DNA of 64,000 nucleotides from Ginglymostoma cirratum (GCA_024137785.1 JAHRHZ010000031.1:8183582-8247581); one strand, 5' to 3'; shown: positions 1-13,518, counted from the stretch's first letter. Notes: generated by a model not told the origin, from the letters alone. Made by a program: numbers and translations.

Positions 1-220
1 ACAGGGTGGCTGTTATTTAACTGTCCACATCATCACAAAAGTCAATAAATCAGCATAGATATTGTATAAAAAGTAGGGATTTTTTTGGCTTTAATCAAAG
101 CACGTTACAAGTTATGCAATCTCAGATGAGGTACACCACCTGCAGGTTACAGCTGTCATTTTGCACCAGGGAGATAAAAATCCCCAGTATAATTCTTGTT
201 CAAATTCACAAAACATATGC
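1..220 (-). other. Candidate internal exon of a minus-strand gene, probably 5'UTR with uORFs; continues beyond the window
   Basis: Minus strand reads gattaattggaatttttctacttttcag|GCATATG: branch-like TTAAT, pyrimidine tract, AG at 222-221. The downstream sequence is non-repetitive with only short ORFs (stops at 156-158 and 112-114). Confidence 0.5.
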
Positions 221-1373
221 CTGAAAAGTAGAAAAATTCCAATTAATCTCACTGACTGAAATATTCTTGAGGCTGATTTCAAAACAAAGCTTTCGATCAA
301 GTGTGCCACCCACAAAATTGTTAAGAACTTTTTATATTTAAAATATACAAAATGCATATACTGTTATATATACTGTGTATAGCAATGATTCCATACGATG
401 TGAATCATCCCATGATCTTCCTGCAGCACACTTAATGTGCATATGGAGGAACAAATGGGAAAATAAAACCATGCTGTAAGCACACTTCAAAGAGGTTGTA
501 ATAAATGACTGTGAAGTGTACAGAACAGGCGCATTATGGATGCAAAACAATTTATTGCTTTGTAAAGTCCTTTAAGTGAGAAATTCTTTACTGTTTGCCA
601 AGCCTATCACCTTGATGGACAGACTCAATTATTCCAATTTCAGCTGCTGGAAAATCAGCTCATGTCATCAGGGCCATGCTGCAGACTGTCAGATGCATAT
701 TTATTGTATGGTGAACCAGTGTTCTTGAATCAATAGTTTTGTATATTTATATATGTTTCAAATTATATACTGTTGTTTCATTTGAAAGAGGTTTTCACAT
801 CACAAACTCCTAACTATCAAGTCTACAGCTCATATGCATTGAAACTGTGGCATTCTTTTAGATCTAGAAACTGAAGGAAATTTTATGACATACTTGAGAA
901 CTTCATGTTTTATGAAGAGACTTTCAGCACATTTTTGAACTTCTCTCATTATGCAGGATCATAAAGGGGTGACGAATGATGAAAGCTTCAGTACAGAAGA
1001 TTTTAGATCACTGGGGTGGAACACAATGAAGGAATTAGGAAATTGCTTGCTCCTATTGGAAATGCAGTTCTGGACCATTAACTACCAACACACACTGACT
1101 CCTGAATGGGGCATCACCTTATTAGGAGAGTTTTCAACGAGACACACAGTTCCTTATACAGTAGTGTTGTCAACCCTCCTGTGATCCCCAATAATGAAAC
1201 ATTCATCGCCAGAACACTGTCACAAGCAATTCAGAAGAAAAATCGTAATAGCTTTAAACATTGTGTACTTTGAAATTCCTTTGAAGACTCTTTTATATTC
1301 ATTCATCATGATTAGTTTTGTTTAATCCTGTTCAAACTTATATTAAAAAGAGTGAGCGAGTGTGCACATGCAA

Positions 1374-1403
1374 GTGTGTGTGTGTGCACGTGTGCGCGCG
1401 CAC

Positions 1404-1440
<37 letters not shown>

Positions 1441-1450
1441 CGTGTGTGTG
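1374..1450. repeat. (TG)n/(CG)n alternating purine-pyrimidine microsatellite
   Basis: gtgtgtgtgtgtgcacgtgtgcgcgcgcacgcgtgtgtg...tgtatacgtgtgtgtg read directly. Confidence 0.95.
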
Positions 1451-2327
1451 AACGGCAGGGGAGGGACAAGGCAACAAAGTTCTTTCAAAGTGACAAACCA
1501 ATCACAACGGCCTGAAATACCTTCTTTGTGATGTCAGTTTATTAGGTTGTATTCACAGAAATATCTGGCATGGACTAAAAAAGTGACAGTCAAGAATTAT
1601 CCAATGTGTTTCTGAAAAGTCTATGTCCATTCACTATCCAACTGACATGAAAAGACAATGAGCTGTAAGCACAAGCATGTTGGGTGACCAATGTCAGGGG
1701 TTTATGAGTGGCGCAGTTGGAGGCAAGAGGCCATAAGATGAAACATCTCAGAATATGTACAGTTAAAATTGCCAGTCTTTTTGCACAGCCCATTTTTCAA
1801 ATCTCCACCACAATCTCACAACAATCAATCAGGCCAGTAAGTATGAGCTACAGCTGACATATATCACCTGTTCTAGCCTAAGAACATGTTGCTGTTAAAA
1901 ACCTAAGAAACTATATTGCAGTTGTAAAAGGCTTTGGTGGCATGCAGGACTATTACATGTTAATTACTTCTACTGTCTATACACAAGATAAAGTGGGCTG
2001 AATAGGATAACCACAGTCCAAACACTAATAGTAATAGCGTATAATAATCCTTGGTTCAGTCTTCACACTTAATGCAATCTTGTATCAGAGGTTCAAAAAT
2101 AAAACAAATCAAGTTCAACCATTTCTAAATTATACTTCAGGACTATGTCAAACTCAGTGCAACCCACATGCTACTGAATGCTTAAGACTCAGTTTTTGAG
2201 GCAAGGAGTGCCTGATTAATGCAATTCAATGTTTTTCTCGCCCCCAGAAAATAATAAACTGCAAAAGGATTAATAATGGGATAATGCATTTGACTTCCTG
2301 TGCATTGGATAATACCATGAAATTTGT

Positions 2328-2464
2328 AAAAACCAAAAGAACTGCGGATGCTGCAAATCAGGAACCGGTCTGAGGAAATGTCACCAGACCTGAAACATTA
2401 ACTCTGTTATTTCCTTCACAGATGCTGCCAGACCTGCTGAGCTTTTCCAGCAACTTTGTTTTTG
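2328..2464 (+). mobile_element. Short Penelope-derived non-autonomous element with 14-bp target-site duplication
   Basis: Recurrent motif gaaacattaactctg...cacagatgctgccagacctgctgagcttttccagca. Flanked by accatgaaatttgt at 2314-2327 and 2465-2478. Confidence 0.75.
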
Positions 2465-4072
2465 ACCATGAAATTTGTGTTTGCCTGTGATCCTGTCTTT
2501 TCCTGGTGACTGCAAAATGCACTCCACTAATATCCAGCACGTTTCCTCCAAACCTGGAATAATCTGCCTCTAAATCACCAAGGCCTTAATCTTTCCACTG
2601 GGGTTCTCTCAGTTTTGCATGCAGTTTGACTTATCAGAGGGCAACAATTACTGATCCTTCACAACATAGTCTTCTGAACAGGAGGTACTGTCATTCCTTC
2701 ATCCAATGTGTTCTCCAATATCTTATGAATCCCAAGAACAACCAAATATACCCCTCTCTACTAGTTGCAAGAGTGCACTCGTCTTGTTAAATATCACTTG
2801 TCTGTGGAATAGGATTAAGTTGTGAACAGGTTGGGGATGTATCAGTCTGTCCCGTTCACAAGTAGTAACACAATGCAATGCTATTCTGAAATAAATAAAT
2901 AGTTTAATTGTGGCTTTTATTCTGGGATGTTGTTGATGATTGTTATAATGCAGGTGATCCTTCTGAAAGAAAAAAACTATGAATGCATAACAATCTGTTG
3001 AAAATAAATGCAGTTGCATTGATGAAAATACATGCTTCACTTACTAAAGATTGAAAAAATTATGGAACAAAATAGCTTAATGTCAAAAGTTTATTAACCT
3101 AAACATTCAGGCATCTTAAAAGAGAAAAGGAAGGTAATGTTTGAACTTGAATCCTTCAGTAGAATGAAAAAGGGGCAGGTTAAAAATAAATTAAAAAGAG
3201 AGGGGAACAGAAAAACAACAGTTAAAGTGAAAAGTCAAGAAAGTTGCTTACAAAACAGCAACTGGACAGGTTTTTCCCTTATTCTGCTCAGATGTTGATC
3301 TCACCCTTGTCAGGGAGATCAGTGTGCTTTCTTCTTAGTTTTAGGGTAAACTGGACAAGGCTTTTCTTCCCAAAGATATTGCAGTGACTTGCCAAAAAGG
3401 GCAGTACCAGAGGTCAGGGTGTCATGTCATCTTGCCGACAAGGAAGTGAATTGATGCAAACTCAGCAATAAAGTGCGGAAATTACAATTTACAAAATAAA
3501 AAAGTAGTTAGAATATTGCACATTTTCCTTTATTAGAGGCAATATGAGACAATGCCAATCTGAGTCAAATACTGAGCTCGGCTTGGTAAAGAGTCTAATC
3601 ATATTTTACACTGACCCTGTATCATTAGAGACAATAAGCCGAGGAGGAGGGAAAGCAAACAGGAAAGCAACTCAAGAAGCCTGAGAATTGATACTTCAAA
3701 TATCCTTAAGCAATAACATTTTGCTTAGGAATGTAGGTTCCCTTAATAACATTTTAACACAGCAGAAATCTTTCCAATCACTACATTTATTGAGTCAGTT
3801 TTGTTTACTTGACTAACTCAACAGATTAGGTGTTGATAAAAATAGACATGTAGGAGAATCTTGCTAATTTGCTTGCTCTAAGCAGCTATTATCTGTACTA
3901 CTATAACAAAGTATTAAGTTTCATGCACATCTGGTCTCATAAAAGTAAGTCCTTCTAAGGGACTTAGCAAAGAATTGAGATTCCCATACTGCAAACCATG
4001 ACCTTCACCAATGTGCTGCATGGCAAAGCAGCTGCTAGATAGCAGAAAGTCTTAAAAAGAACACAGTATTAC

Positions 4073-4290
4073 CTCATGAGAAAGAAATCTCTCGCACAAC
4101 ACTTTTATCTACTTTCAGAACAAGACAGAATTCAAATCAATCAGTGCGACTATTATTCTGTCTTGGCCTTGGCACAAACTCAAGATGCCAACCCATAATA
4201 GGACAAAGAGCAAAACGCCTCCAGTAAAACTCCTTTAGATCAATTATAAATCAGAGATAGAACGGATATTTTCAGTATTCTGAAATTTTT
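4073..4290 (-). other. Candidate alternative 5' exon ending ATGAG|gtaata (5' boundary unknown)
   Basis: Minus-strand donor GAG|GTAATA (GT at 4072-4071) in unique sequence; no transcript evidence available. Confidence 0.25.
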
Positions 4291-4914
4291 CAGAGCTTTT
4301 TTAACCTTTACAAAAGTCAACATGACATTAGTATAAAACTACTTCTTAATATAAATGTTTTATTTGATTTTCCACCTCCCCTCTACTTTTAATAATGTGA
4401 AACATAAATGACTGCAGATGGTTTTCTCCCTTTGCCAGCTTATTCTTCCCATTTTTAAAGACTTTGTTTTTTACTTTCCACAGGCAGCTGAAGCCCTCTG
4501 CTCATCACCCCATTTCGCATTTGTGAGCTAAGAGTTACACACAGAGGATGTCACAAAATAAACTAAATCAGTCTCAACCCAATATCGACAATGCACACTT
4601 TCCAGTCAGCAAACTGTAAGAGTTAATGAGGCTATATGAGGACCTTCCTGTTCAAGGTAAAATTAAAAGCATAGATTTGTCCCAGATGATTCTTGAACAC
4701 CGTAAGGGTTGAGAACAGTAGGAATCCTCCAGAAAGACCTGAGACTCAAGAAGAGCTGGGAACCATAAATGGTTGGGAGCCATAAACGATTAACTGGTTG
4801 GGAGACAGAACAAGGGAATGGATTGAATAAAGGAATATACGCATTAAAACAAACAGTTTCAAGTCAGGAAAACATTAAGTGATTCCTGTCTGGGGTAATG
4901 AAGATAAGTACCCG

Positions 4915-5341
4915 CGCCTGTATTCATTGGAGTTTAGAAGGATGAGAGGGAATGTGATTGAAAATAGAACAGCATATTAAAATATATAGAATTTTAACAG
5001 GACTGGACAGACTACATGCAGGGAGGATGTTTCCCCTGGGTGGGGAGTCTAGAACCAGGAGACAGCCTCAGGATACAGGGTAGAACATTTGGGATTGAGA
5101 TGAGGAAAATGTTCTTCACGAAAAGCACAGAGAACATGCAGAATTCTCAACCTCAGAAGGTAATGGAGGCCAAGTCACTGAATATATTCAAGTAAGAGAT
5201 AGATCATGTTTAGATCTTAAAGGCATCAAGGACCAAGGCAGGAATATTAAGATACAGAATCAGCCATTATCATACAGAATGGTAGAGCAGGTTTGAAGGG
5301 CCAAATGGCCTATTCCTGCTCCCAGTTTCTATGTTTCTATG
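4915..5341 (+). mobile_element. CR1-clade LINE 3' fragment
   Basis: ttggagtttagaaggatgagaggg...gaagggccaaatggcctattcctgctcc plus a (tttctatg)n tail, typical of the CR1 3' end. Confidence 0.85.
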
Positions 5342-5629
5342 GTGGGAGACATATGTTTATTGAATCATTATGTACTGACATGGTTGGAATTTGCAGACAT
5401 GAATAAAGATGTATAAATTGATTCATTTATCATATTCCTTCAAGTTTTCATTCTAGCTGGTCTACAGTAGACATTCTCCTCGTCTACAAATAAATGATCT
5501 AAAACCTGTAGTCAAGACACTTGGGGTCAAGAATTAGAAGTAACCACAACAGTAAAGTATCTGTTATGAGAAAAGTTTCAATTTAGAAACCATACAAAAA
5601 TTAAGCAGAAAATATTGTGCAGGAAGATT

Positions 5630-6900
5630 GGAAAAGAATTGACTTATTAGAGATAGTCAGCATAGCTTTATGTACAGGAGTCCTGTCTCACAAATTTGAT
5701 TGAGTTTCTTGAGGATATGATGAAGATGATTGATGAGGTAAGAGCAGTGGATGTTGTCTGCATGGATTTTACGAAGGCATTTGACAAGGTCTCTCATGGT
5801 AGGCTGGTCCAGAATATTAACTCACATGGGATCCATGGTGAGTTGGTAAGGTAGATACAAAATTAGTTTGGTTTTAGAAGACAGAGGGCAATTGTGGAGG
5901 GGTGTTTTTCTGACTGGAAGTCTGTGACCAGTGGTTTTCTGCATGCATCTTTGTTGTTTGTAATATACATAAATGACTTTGATGAAAATGTAGCTTTAGT
6001 AGTCTGATTAGTAAGTTTGCAGATGGGACAAAAATTGGAAGAATTGTGGATAGTGAGGAAGGTTATCAAAGGATACAGCAGGCTATAGATCAGTTGGAAA
6101 GTTTGGTGGAGAAATCACAGATTGACGTTAATTGGAACAAGCGCAAAGTGATGCATTTTGGGAGGTCAAATGCAATATAGTAAATGGCAGGACTCTGAGG
6201 AGTATTGATATACAGAGGAATCTTGGGGTCCAAGTCCATTTGCTCCCTGAAAGTGGTAACACAAGCAAATAAGGTGGTAAAGAAGCATACAGCATACTTC
6301 CCTTCATCTGTCACAGCACTGAGTGTAAAAGTCAGCAAGTCATGTTGCAGCTGTATAATATTTTAGTTAGGCCATATTTGGAGTACTGTGTGCAGTTCTG
6401 GATGCCACACTATTGGAAAGATGTGGATATTTTGCAGTGGGTGCAAAAGATGTTTACCAGGATGCTGCCTGGATTGGACTGTATTCGCTCTAACCAGAGG
6501 TTGGATAAACTTGGAACGGTTTCTCTGCAGCATTGGTAGAGGTATGTAAAATTATGAGAGGCATGGATAAGGTGAATAGTTGGAGTCTGTTTGCTAAGGT
6601 GGAAATGTCAAATACTAAACGGCATGGTGGAAAGAGAGGTGGAAAGTTTAAAAGAGATGTAAGAGGCAAGTATTTTACACACAGAGGGTGGTAAGTGCCT
6701 GAAATGTACTGTCAGGGAAGGTGGTAGAAGCATATATGTTAGCAAAGTTTAACAGGCATTTAGACAAAGATATGAACAGGCAGGGAATGGACAGAAACGG
6801 ACCATGTGCAGCAGATGGGATTAGTTTAGAACGGCATCCTGGTGAGCACAGACATGGTGGGCCAAAAAGCCTAAACCTGGGCTGTGCTGTTCTATGTTTT
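5630..6900 (+). mobile_element. CR1 LINE, degenerate ORF2 RT C-terminal part and 3'UTR
   Basis: Fragments translate as CR1 RT (AVDVVCMDFTKAFDKV; LVRPYLEYCVQFWMPHYWKD) with many stops and frameshifts; ends ctgtgctgttctatg. Confidence 0.92.
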
Positions 6901-8145
6901 ATTCCATGAAGTGAAAACTACATATTATTTACTAACTTGACCCTCTCAACAGGAAACCTTGGACCGCAAAAGTGTATCATAAAAACAAAGTTGCACATAA
7001 CACATTTTGATAGCTATTTAAAACAGTGGAAAATTATGCAACATTGCGGGTACAGTATAATATGGTTTCATTGGGTCAGTTCCTCATCAAGAGCGAAAGA
7101 TAGGAAATTTATCCTCATTAATTTTTTTTCCTGAAAAAGAAAACTCTTATTTTCATGCCCAACTGGTATAAAACAGGGGTAGGGAGGGTTCATGTCAGAG
7201 GACCCAGTGGACATCTGATGATGTGAGATCTGTGCTAGCCACCCGAAACTGCTACTGGCTGTCTATTTGTAAGTGAGTGGACTGAAGCCTGTGTTAGGCC
7301 CGCTTTAAAGAGTTAAGTCAGCTTCTTCTGGCATTCTGAAGTAGTCACAGGGCAAGAACCACCAAAAAGTAAACTCAATTTCCTAAAACTGAAGCTCAAT
7401 CAATTAACACTATTTGTATCCATTCCTGAACTTGTCCTGGCACAAATTACATCAACAAATCCATTCGGCTACATGATGAAGAGGTGGGTAAATAGTATTT
7501 GTAGTTTTCATGTTATAAGTTTGATGGGCTATTTGGCACCAGCATGTCTCTCAGCTCAATAAAGGTCAAGACCGTTATTTAACTGAGAGTCCAGTGGAAA
7601 TGGTTTTTAACATATTATTTGGAGCAATATTGTTGGTTTGCAATAACTTCAATCTCACTTTTCAGGCAACTCTTTTGTTGCCTGGTTGAAGAAGGAAGTC
7701 AGCAATGATGTCTAGATCCAGGTAAGCCTGGGCTGTTGGTGGAGTGGGACCAGGCAAAGGGGATATGGGGTTGAGCCTTCAAGGTCTGGCTGAATAAGTA
7801 AAGTGAGGTGGGTGGGGGCGCAATGCCACTACGTACAAAACCCAGGATCACCCCTCACCCCTTTTCCCAAGTTGCCTTTCTTGCCACCTTTTTCATAAAG
7901 TTTTTTTTTAAAACAAAGGCCTTCTGAATCTCATCTGCCCACCCATATTAACCATATTATGGCATGAGCAGTGTAACTTTGGTGACAAATATTGGAACAG
8001 TGTTAGTCAAAAGATAGAACATGTATTGCAGAGCTCTCCTAATTCAAATTATCCTTTAATAAATAGCTCTTCATTTAGATGACTGGTTATCATTGCTGTG
8101 CTTGGTATGTTTGTATTAACAGCCAATAGATATCCTTATTGGATT

Positions 8146-9157
8146 CTCAACTTTTCTTTGAAATGAACTTGTTTAACCATATTACGGCACACCTCAGTCG
8201 TCATCAGATGCTGAGGTCGGACTTGAACCTGGACCACTGGCCCAGAGGAAAAGAAACAACCACTGCACCACCCAACCCTCGAACCTCACCTGTACATCTT
8301 TTCCACTTGGTCATAATTATATTATTATTGTGTTAAAGGGATTGTCCTTGCTTGCACACCATCCTGTTCACCTACAACGAATGTGTCAACTAAAATGACC
8401 CCCAGGAATACAAAAAATGTGAGCATAAAATTCTCATCCGTTTGCTTAAACACCTCCATGGCTACACCAATACCCAATATCTAGTCTCCTCCAGGCCCAT
8501 TTGGCTATGAGATATTTGTGCTCATCTATTTAGTTTCACCATTCATGATCACTAGTGAGGGGCACTGATAGTTCTCCAAAAATTTTACATCTGTTTTTTG
8601 CATTAGCTGGAGATTCACTGATGGCACCTAGCCCTGTTTGTCCCCGCAGTGACATTTTTGCTGCCAAACCGCCCCTGGAAAGTTGTCTCCATTTAGTTTC
8701 CAGTCTCTCCACATGGACCAGGGTCAACTCGCTCCCAGCAAAATTCCAACAGCAATGCAAAGCAGCTCTCAAATGGGCCTCTCAATTTCATGGAAATTGC
8801 CACCTAGCCTCCCTTGGAGCAGGCAAGCTGTCCACTTCCTGCACTCACAATGTCCCAACATTAGGGCCATGTCATGGGGCAAACCTGCATGGTTCCCCTC
8901 AATGTTACCATCACCCTTACCTGCCTCCGAGAGCTTAGAAAATTCAGCCAGTTAACACAATGCCTTTAACACGACAATAATATAATTATGACCAAGTGAA
9001 AAAAAAATGTACAGGTGAGGTTCCAGGGTTGGGTGGTGCAGTGGTTGTTTCTCTTCCTCTGGGCCAGTGGTCCAGGTTCAAGTCCGACCTCAGCATCTGA
9101 TGACCACTGAGGTGAGCAGTAACATAGTTAAACAAGTTCATTTCAAAATAAGTTGTG
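8146..9157. repeat. Long inverted repeat, ~200-bp arms (8146-8345 / 8957-9157), ~610-bp spacer
   Basis: The arms are reverse complements. Both ORF-track peptides (8139+ and 8986-) share FEMNLFN.{2}TAHLS.HQMLRSDLNLDHWPRG.ETTTAPPNP.TSPVH. Confidence 0.95.
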
Positions 9158-9446
9158 AGTGTAATGCTCGTGTTCCAAACAAATGATGTGTGTATATTAC
9201 TGCAGAGCCCACATGAGCTATTCATGAAACATTATAGTCCTGTAACAGCTGCCAAACTGTTAGTGAAGGTGACATCCATTTGTGCATCAGGTGCAAGTTA
9301 CAGAAGCAGTTGTTAGGGAAACTAGGAGCAACACATTAATATCCAAAAGAAAACACTTTTTTTTAGGGTCAAGGTATATTTACAACCATCTCTACATTTA
9401 TCAGAATGAGAACTTTTCTTTCTTGCTGACACTCATCAGGACAACG

Positions 9447-9936
9447 GACAGAATTTTAACTGACTTGACCAGCAGCGAGTGGGTTGGTCAGAAATTAAAT
9501 GGGGATTCCATTGTCAGGATTGTCCCAGACTCCACAACTAACTCCACAGCAAGTTCCCTTCGCAGAATCCCTTCCCAGAGGTCACTCTGAAAACAGATTG
9601 TACCGTCAAGTATGTGAAGGACTCAGGAGGAGCTATGCCCTTCCCAACAATGAGGGGGGAAGCGCAGGGGAGGGGGAAGAAGTTGTCGCTCTGAGTGCAT
9701 CTAACAAACGTCTTGGGGTTATGAGGTTATTCTGAGGCCTCATATTGAGATCGAGGTTTCAGTTAGGAAGCTTGTTGCTGGTTTGTGGGGAGGGGGCCCA
9801 ATCAAGCTGGTTTCACAGGTAGCCATGTGGATGCAAGAGGATGGTGTGAAGACAGTTAGCTCCTGAATCCATTACGGCCGAGTTGTAATGATTCCCAAAG
9901 CCCCAATATTATATTTAAAGCTGCAATTCAGCTCCT
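9447..9936. mobile_element. Probable degenerate Harbinger-type non-autonomous DNA element
   Basis: Starts ggacagaattttaac and ends gcaattcagctc (decayed TIR-like ends); GC-richer interior. Family assignment is inference. Confidence 0.35.
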
Positions 9937-9959
9937 TGGATGAGGGTGGATTTCTTCAG

Positions 9960-10930
9960 AAGACAGGAAGAGGAATAGGTCATTCAGTTCCTCGAGTATG
10001 TTCCATGATTCAATGAGATCATGGCCACTCTATGAGCAAATTCTATTTACCTGGCTTTGTCCGTGCCACTTAATATCTCTGCTCAAAAAAAATCTCAGAT
10101 TTCAAATAGACAACTGATCCTGCATCCAATGTCATCTGTGGAAGAGAGTTCCCAACATCGGCCATTCTTTATGTGCAGAAGGGCTTCCTACACCTCTCCT
10201 AAACAGTCTGTCCCGAATTCTCAGACTATGCTCCTAGTTCTAGAATCCACAACCAGTGGGAATAATTTCTTTTTACTACGCTGTCCTTTCTGATTAATGT
10301 CTTGAAAATTTTGACCTGATCACTCTTTAACCTTTTAGAGAAATTCTAGAGAAAACAGGCCTAATTTGTACGATCTGTCCTCAAATTTAAGCCCTGAAGT
10401 CCAGGTATCATTCCTGTAAACCTACACTGTACTTCCTCTAAGGTCAATGTATCCTTCCGAAGGTGTGGTGCTCTCAGTACTCCAATTAGGGCCTAACCAA
10501 GGCTTTGTGCAGCATGAGCATAGAATCCCTAATGTGTAGACAGAGGTCATTCGACCCATCAAGTCTACACTGACCTTCCGAAGAGCATCCCACCCTATCC
10601 CCATGACCACACATTTCCCATGGCTAATCCACCTAGCCTGCACATCCCTGGATACAATGGGCAATTTTAGCATGGCTAGTCCACCTAACCTGCACATCTT
10701 TGGACTGTTGGAGGAAGCTGGTGTACCCGACAGAAACCCATGCAGACACAGGGAGAACGTGCAAACTCCACACAGTTACCCAAGGGTGGAATCAAACTTG
10801 GATCTCTGGCGCTGTGAGGCAGCAGTGCTAACCACTGAGCTACTGTGCCACCTCAAAATGGAGAATGTAGGCAACTTCTACATCATTGCACTCTCGCCCT
10901 TTAGATACAAAAAACAGCACTCCATTAGCT
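9960..10930 (-). mobile_element. CR1 LINE 3' fragment (minus), interrupted by a SINE at 10519-10852
   Basis: Reverse complement of the CR1 3' end (ggaataggtcattcag...ccatgattcaatgagatcatgg); CR1-like sequence resumes after the SINE. Confidence 0.8.
10519..10852 (-). mobile_element. HE1-type tRNA-derived V-SINE
   Basis: Minus strand starts ggtggcacagtagctcagtggttagcactgctgcctcacagcgccaga (A box), with V-domain tgtgtggagtttgcacgttctccctgtgtctgc and a CR1-derived tail. Confidence 0.9.
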
Positions 10931-11842
10931 TCTGTCTTCAGTTAAGGCCATCAATGAGCAGGTTGGAGATGGGTTTGGGATGCGTAACTGAATTTTGAGA
11001 CGCATAAACATCACACTGTTCCTCTCACTTTACCCAGCTGAAAGCCACCAATCTTTTCCGGAGTTAAAATTCATCCAATATTTCAGTACGCAGAAATCTT
11101 TAAATGCTGGATTGGCCATGAACAAACTGCATGAAATTCAGTTCTAAGCTCAGTATGCTGACCCCAGCAGACAAGATATTGTACAATCATTTCTGAAAGC
11201 CACCTGTGTGGCTGGAAGCATATTTCCAACATCAAACTCCAAGGAGTGACAATGGCAAACATGATCAATAACATAATAGCAGAAGGATATGGAAATTGGA
11301 TGGAAGTGGACAAATTCTGCCTAAGAGCTAAGATAGGGACAGTCATAATGGGCCAAATGTCCACTTACTACACTGCGAAATTCAATGTTTCTATGATATT
11401 ATTGAGCCACTTAGCAAGTAGTTGGCAAAGCAAGTGTCTAATGTGTTTTGCAGTCTCATGACAACACAGCCCCTTTAAATCGGCATGGAATCAGACCTCC
11501 TCTGTGTCAACAAGTTGAAAAATCTTTGCAATGTTCGGCTACATGCTGACATTGCAACAGCTTTATCTGTAAAAGACGTAAGCTGATATGAAGCTTATTA
11601 AATCTCCTTTTATGCCTCAGGAAATCCTAAACCAAATGTTTCCCAATTTTTTTCAGTGAAATCCACTAGACAGCACATTTTACAATTCCAATATTCTGAC
11701 ATTTAGTCTCGATCCACCGAAGTTCAAAACTCTTGCATTGTTAATGATGCCAACTTTGGAAATAATCCTCTAAGCATTTAGTTAGCACGACTGAAATTAA
11801 TATTACATAATTATGTTGCACTCAGAAATGCACAAACCTCAC

Positions 11843-12130
11843 CTTACTTTTGGCTCAGTAATTTCTCAACATCCAAAATTAACGCAAAACCACTGCTGTT
11901 TTCATTAACATGTAAATATGAAAAATTAGCTGAAGCAAGATAATTTATATTGAGGCAAATGTTTATGCAATGGTTAAACTTACAATCCTCTTCCAGTTCT
12001 TCACACCAAAACACGGCTGGCGAGTGTAATTTGAGAGACTGAAATGCCATCAGGTTTTCAAACAATTCCAAGTTTCGGACTGTTTACTTCTATGAACACT
12101 TTTCACTCTTTACAATCCAAACATAAGGAG
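11843..12130 (-). other. Candidate alternative 5' exon(s) with minus-strand donors at 11984 (ATT|GTAAGT) and 11843 (AAG|GTGAGG)
   Basis: Two consensus-like donors in repeat-free sequence; no clear acceptor. Confidence 0.2.
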
Positions 12131-12855
12131 AACACTGCCCTTCCCTCAGCTCATGTACATTAATCAAAAAAGTTAACTGTCCTTGAAAGAAAACCTCTGC
12201 AGGGAAGCAATGATCAGGCTAGAGTCACTGATGTCGGCACTGGTGAGGCCCCAAAATGTTTCAAATTCCAGACCCTGCGCAGAAGCAACTCCCTGCCCAA
12301 AAGTACAGCTAACCACATTACAACTTCCTATGGACTGCACTTATAAGGATCTGCTTTGTAGTGATCTAAATAATCGTCTCAAATAATGTAGGACAGCTGT
12401 TCTTGAGTTTCAGGAACCGTTAATGCACTCTCTCTTCCAGAGACACTTGTGCCTTTTAACATTATAACAATCTTTCCTGTTAGAACTGTTCTCACACCAA
12501 GGCTGCTGTTCACTCTTCATTTTCAAACTATACTTCTCAGAGGAAACAGAGTACACATTCTACAGACTGAAGACATACTGGATGTTCTACAACCAACGTG
12601 CAATTCGCAATGTTAAATAAAACTGGTTATTATTGAGATAGGTTATTTTTCTTTATTGAATGGGAAACCAATGCAGGTACAACAACTGAAATAAACTAAA
12701 TAAGGCAGAAAGCTATCAACATTTTTTTTTCTGTTTCATTTGCCTTTAGTTTGAGTTATTCAAAACAGCTTATTCAGGATGGTACAGTAATTTTTGTGCA
12801 AGTACCACTTTACCACATATCAACAGCTTCCCACAAGAAATGTTTCAGAAATAAT

Positions 12856-13518
12856 GGGTTGGATTTTACCATGGATGAGCCATTGAGAGACTGGCTCACA
12901 AGTGGGATTGGTGGTGAGATGGTGAGGGAAGGCTATGGTTGGGTGCCCACTAATGTCTCTTTTCCATGCCATCTTGCCCACAGGTAGAATCCAACTCTCC
13001 CCGAGTCCAATTGAGTCATTAAAGTGAGCATAAAGGGCCCCTCCTCACCTCTGCGAGCATTCAACAAGCAGCTGGAAGGTCCACCTTCTGGGAGACTCAG
13101 GTGGCCATTCCAAGTGAGAGGCTCCAGGCTATAACTTGGGCAATCTTTATCTCCTTGGGTGTGCCCCATCCCGCCTCCCCGCCGACATCGCATGCTGCTG
13201 CAGCTACAAAGCCAGCTACTCTCATCTACCATCCATTCACTCTGGCTGGGACCAAAATATTTTGACCTGGGACCCTCAGTCTCTCCGTACATGGTTTCGA
13301 AAGTACTCGTCCATCAATACGTTCTCCTCTTCCAAGTGCAGCATTCCACAGGAAGCAATATTCCCCGTGGTACTGCAGAGTACAGGTACCATAACTCATT
13401 GGTAGCTCTCAGGGGAGCCAGCCTTAACGGAGATAGCAGACCTAATCACAATCAAATGGCAAGATGCGACCTCCACAGACTGACGAAACAGTTCACCCCC
13501 ACCACTAAATTGCAACCT
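12856..13518. mobile_element. Probable degenerate Harbinger-type non-autonomous DNA element
   Basis: Left end gggttggattttac, right end ctaaattgcaacct (decayed inverted termini); GC-richer interior. Confidence 0.4.

Noticed and set aside
112-357. 81-aa minus ORF as a real protein; MTAV resembles some protein N-termini
   Set aside because: The 5' part lies in the putative intron and the frame stops at 112-114; no recognisable domain.
9282-9590. GDSIVR motif suggesting a CR1 ORF1 SGNH esterase
   Set aside because: No further esterase motifs follow; the context looks like a DNA-element interior, so probably chance.
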